Shown in pieces: positions 36,681 to 45,361 of a stretch of DNA of 64,000 bases. How positions within the stretch are numbered: the first letter of the stretch is position 1; the number at the start of each line of letters is the position of its first letter. Below the pieces are notes generated by a model, which saw only the letters and a list, made by a program, of their open reading frames with translations, searched no databases and was not told the origin of the DNA. The stretch comes from an uncultured Enterovirga sp. GTDB taxonomy: Bacteria > Pseudomonadota > Alphaproteobacteria > Rhizobiales > Beijerinckiaceae. Location: the NCBI GenBank assembly GCA_964244795.1, contig CAXTKM010000001.1, forward strand, positions 318-64,317, written 5' to 3'. Both the position numbers and the translations under genes were made by a program.

Positions 36681-38096
36681 ATGCCGACTCCCCGGACGCT
36701 CTTCGACAAGATCTGGTCCTCGCACGTCATCGTCGAGCGCGACGACGGCTCGACGCTCCTCCACGTCGACCGGCATCTCATCCACGACATCGCCGGCATC
36801 ATCATCGGCGAGCTCGCCGAGCGGGGGCTGCCGGTCCGCAGGCCGGACAGGACCTTCGCGGTCCCGGACCATTACGTGCCGACGACGGGCCGCTCGAGCC
36901 GGGACCCGCTCTTCGGGTCGCCCCATGCCGGCCATATCCGGGCCCTGGAGGCCGGCGCGCGCGACACCGGCATGACGCTCTTCGCGCTGGACGACATCCG
37001 GCAGGGCATCGTCCATGTGATCGGGCCGGAGCAGGGGATCACGCAGCCGGGCACGATCCTCGTCTGCGGCGACAGTCACACGGCGACCCACGGCGCTCTG
37101 GGGGCCCTCGCCTTCGGCATCGGGGCCTCCGAGATCGCGCACGTGCTCGCGACCCAGGCGCTCTGGCAGAAGAGGCCGAAGACGATGCGGGTCACGATCG
37201 AGGGCGCCCTCGCGTCCGGCGTCCAGTCGAAGGATGTCATCCTGGCGCTCATCGCCCAGATCGGGGCCGCGGGCGCCACCGGGCACGTGATCGAGTATGC
37301 CGGCTCGTTGATCCGCGGCCTCTCGGTCGAGGCGCGGCTCACGATCTGCAACATGACCATCGAGGCGGGTGCGCGGGCCGGCATGATCAGCCCGGACGAA
37401 ACCACCTTCGCCTATCTGAAGGGCCGACCCTTCGCCCCGGACGGCGATCATTGGGAGGCGGCGTTGGCGCATTGGCGCATGCTGCCGACCGACGACGGCG
37501 CCGCTTTCGACCGCGAGGTGACGCTCGACGCCTCTGCGATCGCTCCCATGGTCACCTGGGGCACGAGCCCGGAGGCGGCGCTCCCCATCACCGGACGGGT
37601 GCCGGATCCGAGCGAAGTCGCGGACCGCGAGCGTCGTCAGGACATGGTCCATGCGTTGGACTACATGGGGCTCACGCCCGGGACGCCGCTCGACTCGATC
37701 GCGATCGATCGCGTGTTCATCGGGTCCTGCACGAACAGCCGCATCGAGGACCTGCGCGCGGCGGCGCGCGTGGTCGACGGGCGGACATCCGTCGTGCCCG
37801 CGATGGTCGTTCCGGGATCGGGCCTCGTCAAGGCGCAGGCCGAGGCGGAGGGCCTCGACCGGATCTTCCGGGACGCTGGGTTCGAGTGGCGCGACGCCGG
37901 CTGCTCGATGTGCGTCGGGATCAACGGAGACCTCGTCGCCTCGGGCGAGCGCTGCGCCTCGACCTCGAACCGCAACTTCGTCGGACGCCAGGGCAGGGGC
38001 GCCCGCACGCACCTCGTGAGCCCGCCGATGGCCGCGGCCGCGGCCGTGACCGGGCGGCTGACCGATGTGCGCCGGCTTCTGGAGGGGCGCGCCTGA
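36681..38096 (+). CDS. leuC: LeuC-like [4Fe-4S] hydro-lyase large subunit (probably a catabolic paralog)
   Basis: [48 protein letters not shown]. Confidence 0.85.
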   Translation: MPTPRTLFDKIWSSHVIVERDDGSTLLHVDRHLIHDIAGIIIGELAERGLPVRRPDRTFAVPDHYVPTTGRSSRDPLFGSPHAGHIRALEAGARDTGMTLFALDDIRQGIVHVIGPEQGITQPGTILVCGDSHTATHGALGALAFGIGASEIAHVLATQALWQKRPKTMRVTIEGALASGVQSKDVILALIAQIGAAGATGHVIEYAGSLIRGLSVEARLTICNMTIEAGARAGMISPDETTFAYLKGRPFAPDGDHWEAALAHWRMLPTDDGAAFDREVTLDASAIAPMVTWGTSPEAALPITGRVPDPSEVADRERRQDMVHALDYMGLTPGTPLDSIAIDRVFIGSCTNSRIEDLRAAARVVDGRTSVVPAMVVPGSGLVKAQAEAEGLDRIFRDAGFEWRDAGCSMCVGINGDLVASGERCASTSNRNFVGRQGRGARTHLVSPPMAAAAAVTGRLTDVRRLLEGRA

Positions 38097-38692
38097 TGGA
38101 ACCGTTCCGTACGCTCTCGTCCGTGGCGGCGCCGCTGCCGTCCGCGAATGTCGACACGGACCAGATCATCCCGGCCCGCTTTCTCTGGAAAGCCAGGAAG
38201 GACGGCTTCGCCGATACGCTCTTCAGCGACCTGCGGAGCGATCGGGGAGGGGAGGCCTTCGTCCTCGACCGGCCTGAATATGCGGAGGCGCGCATCCTCG
38301 TGGCCGAGCGCAACTTCGGCTGCGGCTCCTCTCGCGAGCATGCCGTGTGGGCGCTCTGGGACGGCGGGATCCGGGCCGTCGTCGCGCCGAGCTTCGGCGA
38401 CATCTTCTACAACAACGCCCTCAAGAACGGGCTTCTTCCCGTCGTGCTCACGGCGGAGCGGGTCGCGACGCTGCAGGAACTGCTGGCCGCGGATCCTGCC
38501 CGCGCGGTCACGATCGATCTCGTCGAGCAGACCGTGATCGGTCCGGACGGGCGCTCCGACCGGTTCGAGATCGACCCCCTCCAGAAGGAATGTCTGATCG
38601 AGGGCCTCGACGATATCGACCTGACCCTCCGCTACCGGGACAGGATGGACGTCTTCGAGCGGGAGCACGCCCTGCGGCTTCCCTGGCTGTGA
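38096..38692 (+). CDS. leuD: LeuD-like hydro-lyase small subunit
   Basis: NVDTDQIIPARFL, NFGCGSSREHA.WAL, SFGDIFYNN..KNG. Confidence 0.87.
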   Translation: MEPFRTLSSVAAPLPSANVDTDQIIPARFLWKARKDGFADTLFSDLRSDRGGEAFVLDRPEYAEARILVAERNFGCGSSREHAVWALWDGGIRAVVAPSFGDIFYNNALKNGLLPVVLTAERVATLQELLAADPARAVTIDLVEQTVIGPDGRSDRFEIDPLQKECLIEGLDDIDLTLRYRDRMDVFEREHALRLPWL

Positions 38693-38798
38693 TCGGAATC
38701 GGACATCGCCGGCCGGCTTGCCGTCCGGTGCCGCAGCGTGTCGACTGGCCTGAAGATCGATGAGGGGCGTCGAACGCACGCCCGCGAGGGAGGATCGA

Positions 38799-39776
38799 AT
38801 GCGCAAATGGGCCATCGCCGCGGCTTTCGCGGTCGCGACGGGGACGGCATCGCAAGCCGTCGAGCTGAACGTCACCCATTTCGGGGCGGGCATGTACGGG
38901 GTGCCCTACGCGATCGCGAAGGAGAAGGGCTACTTCAAGGAGGCCGGGCTCGACGTCACCGGCTTCCTGACCTCCGCGGGCGGCGGCACGACCGTGCGCA
39001 ATGCCCTCGCGTCCGCCGATCTTCCCTATGGCGAGGTGGCCCTTCCGGCCGTGATTGCGGCCGCCCAGCAGGGCATCGAGCTCACGATCGTGCATGGCGG
39101 CGTCCTCAGCGTGTCGGACCAGGTCTGGGTGAGCCGCAAGGACGACCTGCGCATCAAGACGGTCCAGGACCTCAAGGGCAGGACGCTCGGCTATTCCAGC
39201 CCGAAATCCGTGACCGACATGATCACGACCATGATGCTCGAGGACAACAAGCTCACCGGGCAGGTGGAGCGCCGGCCGATCGGCGGGATCGGGGCCGGTG
39301 TCGCGGCACTCCGGGCGGGCGGGGTCGACATGATCTACATCACCCAGCCTGTCTGGGCGAAGGAGAAGGCGAACTTCCGGCACGTCTTCACGTCGACCGA
39401 GTGGGCGCCCCGCGTGACCCAGACCGTCGGCGTGGTCAGGACCGATTTCCTGAAGAAGAATCCCGACCTCATCCGCAAGCTCATCGTCGCACGGCGCAAG
39501 GGGGTCGAGTTCCTCAAGCAGAACCCCGAGGAAGCGGCCATCATCATGGCCAAGGAATACAAGGTCTCGCTCGACGATGCGCGCGCTTCGATCAACGACA
39601 TCCTGGCGACGAAGGGCGAGTACTGGAGCCTCGGCGGCTTCGATTACGAGGGAATGGACGTCATGCTGCGGGGCCTGCAGCTCGTGAAAGCCGTGGAGCC
39701 TGGCCCGTTCGATTGGGGCAAGTATGTCGACGAGGGCTACTTGCCGGACGACCTGAAGCGGAAGCCGCGGTCCTGA
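38799..39776 (+). CDS. NMT1/TauA/SsuA-like ABC substrate-binding protein
   Basis: Signal peptide; IAKEKGYFKEAGLDV, DLKGRTLG; GGAGG RBS. Confidence 0.88.
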   Translation: MRKWAIAAAFAVATGTASQAVELNVTHFGAGMYGVPYAIAKEKGYFKEAGLDVTGFLTSAGGGTTVRNALASADLPYGEVALPAVIAAAQQGIELTIVHGGVLSVSDQVWVSRKDDLRIKTVQDLKGRTLGYSSPKSVTDMITTMMLEDNKLTGQVERRPIGGIGAGVAALRAGGVDMIYITQPVWAKEKANFRHVFTSTEWAPRVTQTVGVVRTDFLKKNPDLIRKLIVARRKGVEFLKQNPEEAAIIMAKEYKVSLDDARASINDILATKGEYWSLGGFDYEGMDVMLRGLQLVKAVEPGPFDWGKYVDEGYLPDDLKRKPRS

Positions 39777-39781
39777 CGCAG

Positions 39782-40588
39782 GTGGGTTCCGGCAAGGCCC
39801 TCGAGGCCAGCCTCTCCGGGGTCACGCGGGTCTATCCCGCCGCAGGCTCGGGCCAGCCGGTTCACGCGCTCGGGCCGATCGATCTCGAGCTCAGGGCCGG
39901 GGAGTTCTTCTCCGTGGTCGGTCCATCCGGCTGCGGGAAGTCGACCCTGCTGGACGTGATGGCGGGGCTCGCTCCGCCATCGTCCGGCAGCATCACGTTC
40001 GACGGCAAGCCGGTCCATGGCGAGGTCCCGGACGGGGTCGGGGTCGTGTTCCAGGAGGACGCGAGCTTTCCCTGGCTGACGGCCTACGACAACGCCGCCT
40101 TCGCCGTGCGTCAGGCCGGCCTGCCGGAGAACGAAGTCCGTTCCCGGGTCGAGCACACGCTCTCCTTCATGGGCCTGATGCCGTTCGCCGGCGCCTATCC
40201 GGCCCAGCTTTCCGGGGGCATGCGCCAGCGCGTGTGCATCGCCCGCACGCTCGTCACCCGGCCGCGCCTCCTGCTGCTCGACGAGCCGTTCGGTGCGCTC
40301 GACCAGCAGACGCGGCTCCTGATGGGGGACGAGCTCCTGGCGCTGTGGCGCGACACGAACGCGACCATTCTCCTGATCACCCATTCGCTCGACGAGGCGG
40401 CGCTGCTGTCGGACCGGATCGGTGTCATGTCGGCACGGCCCGGCATCTTCATCGACCTCGTCGAGACGGGCTGGCCGCGCGACCGCGACAGCCGAATCGT
40501 GTCCGATGCGGAATTCGGGCAACTGACCGGGAGGATCTGGGCGGGCCTGCGCGAGCAGTCGATGCGGGCGCTGGCGTCCGCGCGATGA
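39782..40588 (+). CDS. NitT/TauT ABC transporter ATP-binding protein (start uncertain)
   Basis: GPSGCGKST, FQE..SFPW, LSGGMRQR, DEPFGALD. Confidence 0.9.
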   Translation: MGSGKALEASLSGVTRVYPAAGSGQPVHALGPIDLELRAGEFFSVVGPSGCGKSTLLDVMAGLAPPSSGSITFDGKPVHGEVPDGVGVVFQEDASFPWLTAYDNAAFAVRQAGLPENEVRSRVEHTLSFMGLMPFAGAYPAQLSGGMRQRVCIARTLVTRPRLLLLDEPFGALDQQTRLLMGDELLALWRDTNATILLITHSLDEAALLSDRIGVMSARPGIFIDLVETGWPRDRDSRIVSDAEFGQLTGRIWAGLREQSMRALASAR

Positions 40589-41337
40589 CCCGCGCCAGCA
40601 CCATCCGGATCGCCATCCTGCTCGGGGCCTTGGCGGCGCTCGAGGCGGCCTGTCGAGCCGGCCTCGTCGACCGGCATGCCGTCATCCCGCCGACCGAGAT
40701 GGTGCGCGGCGCCTGGCGGGTGCTCGGGACGGAGGAGGCGCGCGGCCACATCGCCCAGACGCTGACCACCGTCGCCCTCGCCTTCGTGCTGGCGGTCGTC
40801 GGCGGCTTCGCGATCGGCGTCGCGCTGTATCGGCTGCCGCGGTTTCGCCGGGCCGTGGACCCCCTGCTCGCGAGCTACTACGCGGTCCCGACCTTCGTGT
40901 TCTATCCCGTCTTCATCGTGCTCTTCGGCCTGAACCGCTGGCCGCTCGTCGCGATCGGGTTCCTGTTCGCAGTGGTGGCGGTCGCGATCAACACGCTGGA
41001 CGGGCTCGACAGGCTGCCGCGCGTCTTCATCCGAACGGCACGCGTCATGCGGCTGAGCGCAGCCCGGACGATGGTGCGGATCACGATCCCGGCGATCGCG
41101 CCGTGGCTGTTCACGGCGGTCAAGTTCGCGGTCGCCTATTCCTTCATCGGCGTGATCGCCGGGGAGTTCGTCCAGGCCGGCTCGGGGATCGGTTTCGCGA
41201 TCGCCTTCGCGTACAACTCGTTCGACAACCTCACGATGTACGGCCTGATGCTTCTCCTGTTCGCGTTCGTCTGCACGCTGAACATGAGCCTCTGGACCTG
41301 GGAGCAGAAGCTCTATGCGCGCCGCGGCGGACATTGA
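40585..41337 (+). CDS. NitT/TauT ABC transporter permease
   Basis: Six TM helices; GVIAGEF...GSGIG. Confidence 0.88.
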   Translation: MTRASTIRIAILLGALAALEAACRAGLVDRHAVIPPTEMVRGAWRVLGTEEARGHIAQTLTTVALAFVLAVVGGFAIGVALYRLPRFRRAVDPLLASYYAVPTFVFYPVFIVLFGLNRWPLVAIGFLFAVVAVAINTLDGLDRLPRVFIRTARVMRLSAARTMVRITIPAIAPWLFTAVKFAVAYSFIGVIAGEFVQAGSGIGFAIAFAYNSFDNLTMYGLMLLLFAFVCTLNMSLWTWEQKLYARRGGH

Positions 41338-42121
41338 CGCTCCCCTCCCGCCCGCCCCGCCCGAGACCGGCCGGGCGAGCCGGCTCGGCGATACCGGGCT
41401 CGTTCTGCTGGGCGCGCTGGCGCTCTGGCAGCTCGGGAGCTGGGTCGTCGGTGCGGTGGTGCTTCCGGCGCCTCCGGCGACCTTCGCGAGGCTCTGGGCG
41501 ATCATGTCGTCGCCCGATTTCAGCGGCCATGCCTGGGAGACCGGGCGCGCGTTCCTGTCCGCCCTCTCCATCGCGTCGGTCGCAGGCCTTGCGATCGGGC
41601 TCCTGCTCGGCGCCCATCGCCTCTCAGCGGAAGTGGCCGAGCCGATTCTCGTCGCCGTCTATGCCATCCCGAAGATCACGCTCTACCCGATCATCCTACT
41701 CCTCTTCGGGCTCGGTCTCTCGGCCAAGATCGCCTTCGGGGTGATTCACGGGATCGTGCCGGTCGCGGTGTTCACGATGGCGGCGGTCCGCAACCTCCGG
41801 CCGGTCTATTTCCGGGCGGCTCGGGCGATGCGGCTCACGCCGCTCCAGACCGCGACGCGGATCATGCTGCCGGCAGCCCTGCCGGAGATCGTGTCGGGCC
41901 TTCGCATCGGCTTCTCGCTGACGCTGCTCGGCACGTTGATCGGCGAGATGTTCGCGTCCCAGCGGGGTATCGGCTACCTGCTGGTCAAGGCGATGGAGAC
42001 GAACGACGTCTCGACCGTCCTGGCGCTCGCGACGCTGCTCGTCGTGCTGGCCACGCTGGTCTCGGAGGCGCTTCTCTCGCTCAATCGGCGGCTCGATCGC
42101 TCGCCCACCGCAACGCACTGA
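41315..42121 (+). CDS. NitT/TauT ABC transporter permease
   Basis: AIPKITLYP, LPAALPEI.SGLR, GEMFASQRGIG. Confidence 0.9.
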   Translation: MRAAADIDAPLPPAPPETGRASRLGDTGLVLLGALALWQLGSWVVGAVVLPAPPATFARLWAIMSSPDFSGHAWETGRAFLSALSIASVAGLAIGLLLGAHRLSAEVAEPILVAVYAIPKITLYPIILLLFGLGLSAKIAFGVIHGIVPVAVFTMAAVRNLRPVYFRAARAMRLTPLQTATRIMLPAALPEIVSGLRIGFSLTLLGTLIGEMFASQRGIGYLLVKAMETNDVSTVLALATLLVVLATLVSEALLSLNRRLDRSPTATH

Positions 42122-42232
42122 GCTTTCGCAGCGACGGCCGGCTCCGCAAGCTCGGCGCGGCCGCCACGGTGCCCTTGAATCAGCGCTCGCCGCCGCCGGT
42201 TCGTGATCGACCGCAGGCACGATGGCGTCTCT

Positions 42233-44167
42233 TCAGAAACTCTGGCCGGTCACGATACGCTCGGCCAGGCCGGGCTTGTCATACACGTGTACGGCGATGG
42301 CCGCCTGCAGGGATCGGGCGCCAGCGTTTTCACTGCCTGTCAAGCGGCGCATGAAGATGGCGTCTCCCCAGAGAAGCCGGTCTCCGGTCACCCCTCCGGA
42401 CGGCACGACGTACCCACCTCGGTGCTCGAACACCAGGTCGATCATCTCGAATCCACGATCCCGTAGCAGCCTGTCGACGTCCGAGAAGAAGCCCTGGCCG
42501 CGATAGATGTCGGCGAACAAGACCTCGCAATGAACGACGGAGGTACGAGCCAGGACGTCGGTCGCGTGCTGAAGGGCCATGGCCTCGAAGCCCTGAATGT
42601 CGAGCTTTAGAAAATCGATCCTCGGAAGATCGGCGAGCGCTTGGTCCAGCCGAACGGTCGCGACCTCCTCGATGGACACGGTCCGCAGGTCGCGCAGCTC
42701 GACGAATGCGTCCGTCGTCCCGTCGTTGAATGGGAGAAGCGACGAGGTCGCGTCGAAGCTCGCGAGATGAAACGGCCTTCGTTCGCCGTCGCCGACGAAA
42801 TGCGGCAGGAGCGTCACGCTCCGGTCGCCTTCCGCGGCCCGCTCCACCCGCCGCGTCTCGATCGGCTCGAAGCCGATCACCCGGAGCCCGTAGCCCGCAC
42901 CGGCGAGCGGCGCGTAGACGTCGGTCTCATAGCTGAGCCTCTGTGCCCCGACGTCGACGACGACGATCGTCGCATCGCGCCCCGGCGCGGTATTGCGGCC
43001 CGGGGGAAGCGCCGCAGCGACGGGCTGCCGAGGCGATCCGGCGGCGTTCCCCAGTTCCGGACTCGTTCGGAACGCCTCGACGAGCCGGTCGAGGTCTCTC
43101 GTCCGGGCGGTCTCGCCCAGATGGAAGGCCAAGCCGTCCGGGTCCGCCTCACGGGAGAGGAGCTGCCGGTAGAGCGCGCGAACGACGGCCTGCAACGGCA
43201 CGGACGTCTCCGGCGCGACGTCCGCCGCCGCCTGCGTGCGACACTCCGCGAGATCGTAGAGGGGATTGCGGAAGAGCGAGCTCGCGTAGCGGTTCCGGGT
43301 GAGCGGCGGGTCGCGCCAATCGGCCGGGACGGCGTCGAAGCTCGCCACGATCAGGCCGTCGCCGCTGAAGGATTCGTGCACGTCGTGCTCGGCCAGCACA
43401 TGGGCGCCGAGCGCCTTCATCGCCCGCAGGCAGCGTTGATGGGTGAGCGGGTCGCCGGTGATCGCCTCGGCGTGCGTGGACAGGATCACGAACCCGATAG
43501 CGCCCGTCCGGCTCAAGCCCTGGAGCGCTCCGACCAGATCCGTCTCGGCCCCCTGTGCGTCACACAGGAGGAGGTCGATGCGGCCTCCGAGCGCCGCCGC
43601 GATCTCGGTCAGCGGAACGGCGTCCACCTCCTGCCAGCCGGAGCTCTCGGTCGACAGGGTCGCGCGCCGCGCGTCGCCGACAGCCAGCACTCCCTGGCGG
43701 AACATCGGCCGCAAGCCGTTCAGCGCCGCGTTGCGTCTGCCGAGCGCGAGATGGGCCGGATCGGGCTCCAGGGCGAACGCGCGCCTGTGCGGCCGATCCT
43801 TCAGGAACCATAGCGAATAGTAGGACCAGAAGGCCCCGACCTCGAGCATCGTGGCGTGCGATCCGAGATGACGGAGCACCTCATGGACGGCCGCCTCTTC
43901 CTGCGGCTCGTGATGACCGCGCAGCAGCTCGATCAGCCGCGTCATCCATGCGCCGTAATAGCCGTCGGCGACGACGCGGAGACCGTTGTGCATCGTCTGG
44001 ATGCGCTGACCCTCGAAGACCGAAACCTCTCCGGCGCCCTCGACCTTCGGGATGGCATCCGCGTCCCGGCAGGCGCTCGTCAGCGCGACCCGCTCGTCCT
44101 CGCCGAGTTGGCGCGGAACCGAGGCCGCGAAATCGTCCACCCGTCCGGAGATCGGCATGCCTGACAT
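42233..44167 (-). CDS. tandem FkbM-type SAM methyltransferase with central DUF4214-like domain
   Basis: LEVGAF/ALEPD/LLCDAQGAE, then VRALYRQLLSREADPDG, then VDVGAQ/GFEP/LKLDIQGFE/WGDAIF. Confidence 0.85.
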   Translation of the reverse strand: MSGMPISGRVDDFAASVPRQLGEDERVALTSACRDADAIPKVEGAGEVSVFEGQRIQTMHNGLRVVADGYYGAWMTRLIELLRGHHEPQEEAAVHEVLRHLGSHATMLEVGAFWSYYSLWFLKDRPHRRAFALEPDPAHLALGRRNAALNGLRPMFRQGVLAVGDARRATLSTESSGWQEVDAVPLTEIAAALGGRIDLLLCDAQGAETDLVGALQGLSRTGAIGFVILSTHAEAITGDPLTHQRCLRAMKALGAHVLAEHDVHESFSGDGLIVASFDAVPADWRDPPLTRNRYASSLFRNPLYDLAECRTQAAADVAPETSVPLQAVVRALYRQLLSREADPDGLAFHLGETARTRDLDRLVEAFRTSPELGNAAGSPRQPVAAALPPGRNTAPGRDATIVVVDVGAQRLSYETDVYAPLAGAGYGLRVIGFEPIETRRVERAAEGDRSVTLLPHFVGDGERRPFHLASFDATSSLLPFNDGTTDAFVELRDLRTVSIEEVATVRLDQALADLPRIDFLKLDIQGFEAMALQHATDVLARTSVVHCEVLFADIYRGQGFFSDVDRLLRDRGFEMIDLVFEHRGGYVVPSGGVTGDRLLWGDAIFMRRLTGSENAGARSLQAAIAVHVYDKPGLAERIVTGQSF

Positions 44168-44176
44168 CCGTCCGCG

Positions 44177-45361
44177 CTAGTGATCGAGCCACATGGCCTT
44201 GAGCCCGACGCCGAGGATTCGCATGTCGTTCGCTGACGACGTCGTCGGGTGGGACACGCGCAGCGTGAGCCGTACTCTTCCGTCGACTGCCAGCATGCGG
44301 GCCTGAAGCTGAACCGCCATCACGCCCTTCTGCTCTTCGACGGTGAAGGTCTTCAAGGATACAGTCTCGTAACCGATCATGATCTCGACGACCTGGCGGC
44401 CGCAGGGCGGGATCACGGTCACGACCTCGAGCGCGAGCGTGACCGGCGGCGGTATGGTGGGTTCGAGCCTCACCTCGAGGTGAACCGTGCGTTCGAACGA
44501 CCACACGCCCCAGACTTCCGGCTCGTGCCAGCCCCCGGCGAGCGCGCCGAACATCCCCGACGCGGGTTCGAGAACGCTTGCCCCGATGATGGGTCGCTCT
44601 GGCTGGTCCGTGCTGGGCCGGTGCAGGGGCGATTGGTCGAGCACCTCCGTCAGGATCGCGTCGCGCGCCCGGAACAGGTCCGAGCGGCGCGCGGCTGCTG
44701 CGCGCAGCCGCACGCCCTCCGGCGTCTCGGCCAGTGCGTTCCGTCGAGCCTGATTTCGCGCCGCGACGGGATCGTGCGAACCGCCGGCCGCACGGACATC
44801 GAACAGGGCGGGCGCGAGCGACGGGCGGCGGTCACCCGCCCGGCCACGCTGCCGGCCGAGCGGCTCGAAGCCAGCCTCCCGACCGTCCGGGTTGCCCTGT
44901 CGATGGGCTGCTCCATCGGAGTCCGCGCCTGGCGCACGCCCCTCCGCTCGGCCGTGCAGCAAATAATGGTTCAGCGGCTCGAAGCCAGCCTCCGCGACAT
45001 CGGGATTGGCCTGCAGGTAGGCGGCTCCGTCGAAGTCTGGGCCCGGCGCACGCCCCTCTCTCCAGCCATGCTCGATGTAGTGGAGGAGCGTACTGGGCAC
45101 GGCCTCGACGTCGGGATAGGTCGAGCGGTACCAAGCCGTATCGATGAACGGGTTCGGCGAGCGTTCCTCGCGCCAGCCGTGCTCGATGTAATGCGTGAAG
45201 GGATCGATACCCGCCTCCGCGACATCCGGGTTGACCGCCAGGTACCAATTTCGGTCGAAGAGAGGCTCGATCACGGCGCGGTCGAGCGGCAGGGAGCGCG
45301 AGCGCGGCCGCCGCGAAAAAAGAGACTTCGCGAGACGCGCGATGCCGCTGCCCGACGTCAC
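44177..45361 (-). CDS. glycan-locus protein with FDxxWYLxxNPDV repeats and a C-terminal beta-sandwich
   Basis: Three intact FD..W/YYL..NPDV..G..P..HY..HG..E repeats; GGWHEPEVWGVWS...DMRILGVGL C-terminus. Confidence 0.8.
   Translation of the reverse strand: MTSGSGIARLAKSLFSRRPRSRSLPLDRAVIEPLFDRNWYLAVNPDVAEAGIDPFTHYIEHGWREERSPNPFIDTAWYRSTYPDVEAVPSTLLHYIEHGWREGRAPGPDFDGAAYLQANPDVAEAGFEPLNHYLLHGRAEGRAPGADSDGAAHRQGNPDGREAGFEPLGRQRGRAGDRRPSLAPALFDVRAAGGSHDPVAARNQARRNALAETPEGVRLRAAAARRSDLFRARDAILTEVLDQSPLHRPSTDQPERPIIGASVLEPASGMFGALAGGWHEPEVWGVWSFERTVHLEVRLEPTIPPPVTLALEVVTVIPPCGRQVVEIMIGYETVSLKTFTVEEQKGVMAVQLQARMLAVDGRVRLTLRVSHPTTSSANDMRILGVGLKAMWLDH

Noticed and set aside
35751-38012. 753-aa minus-strand ORF
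   Set aside because: It is an antisense shadow of the lyase and LeuC-like genes.
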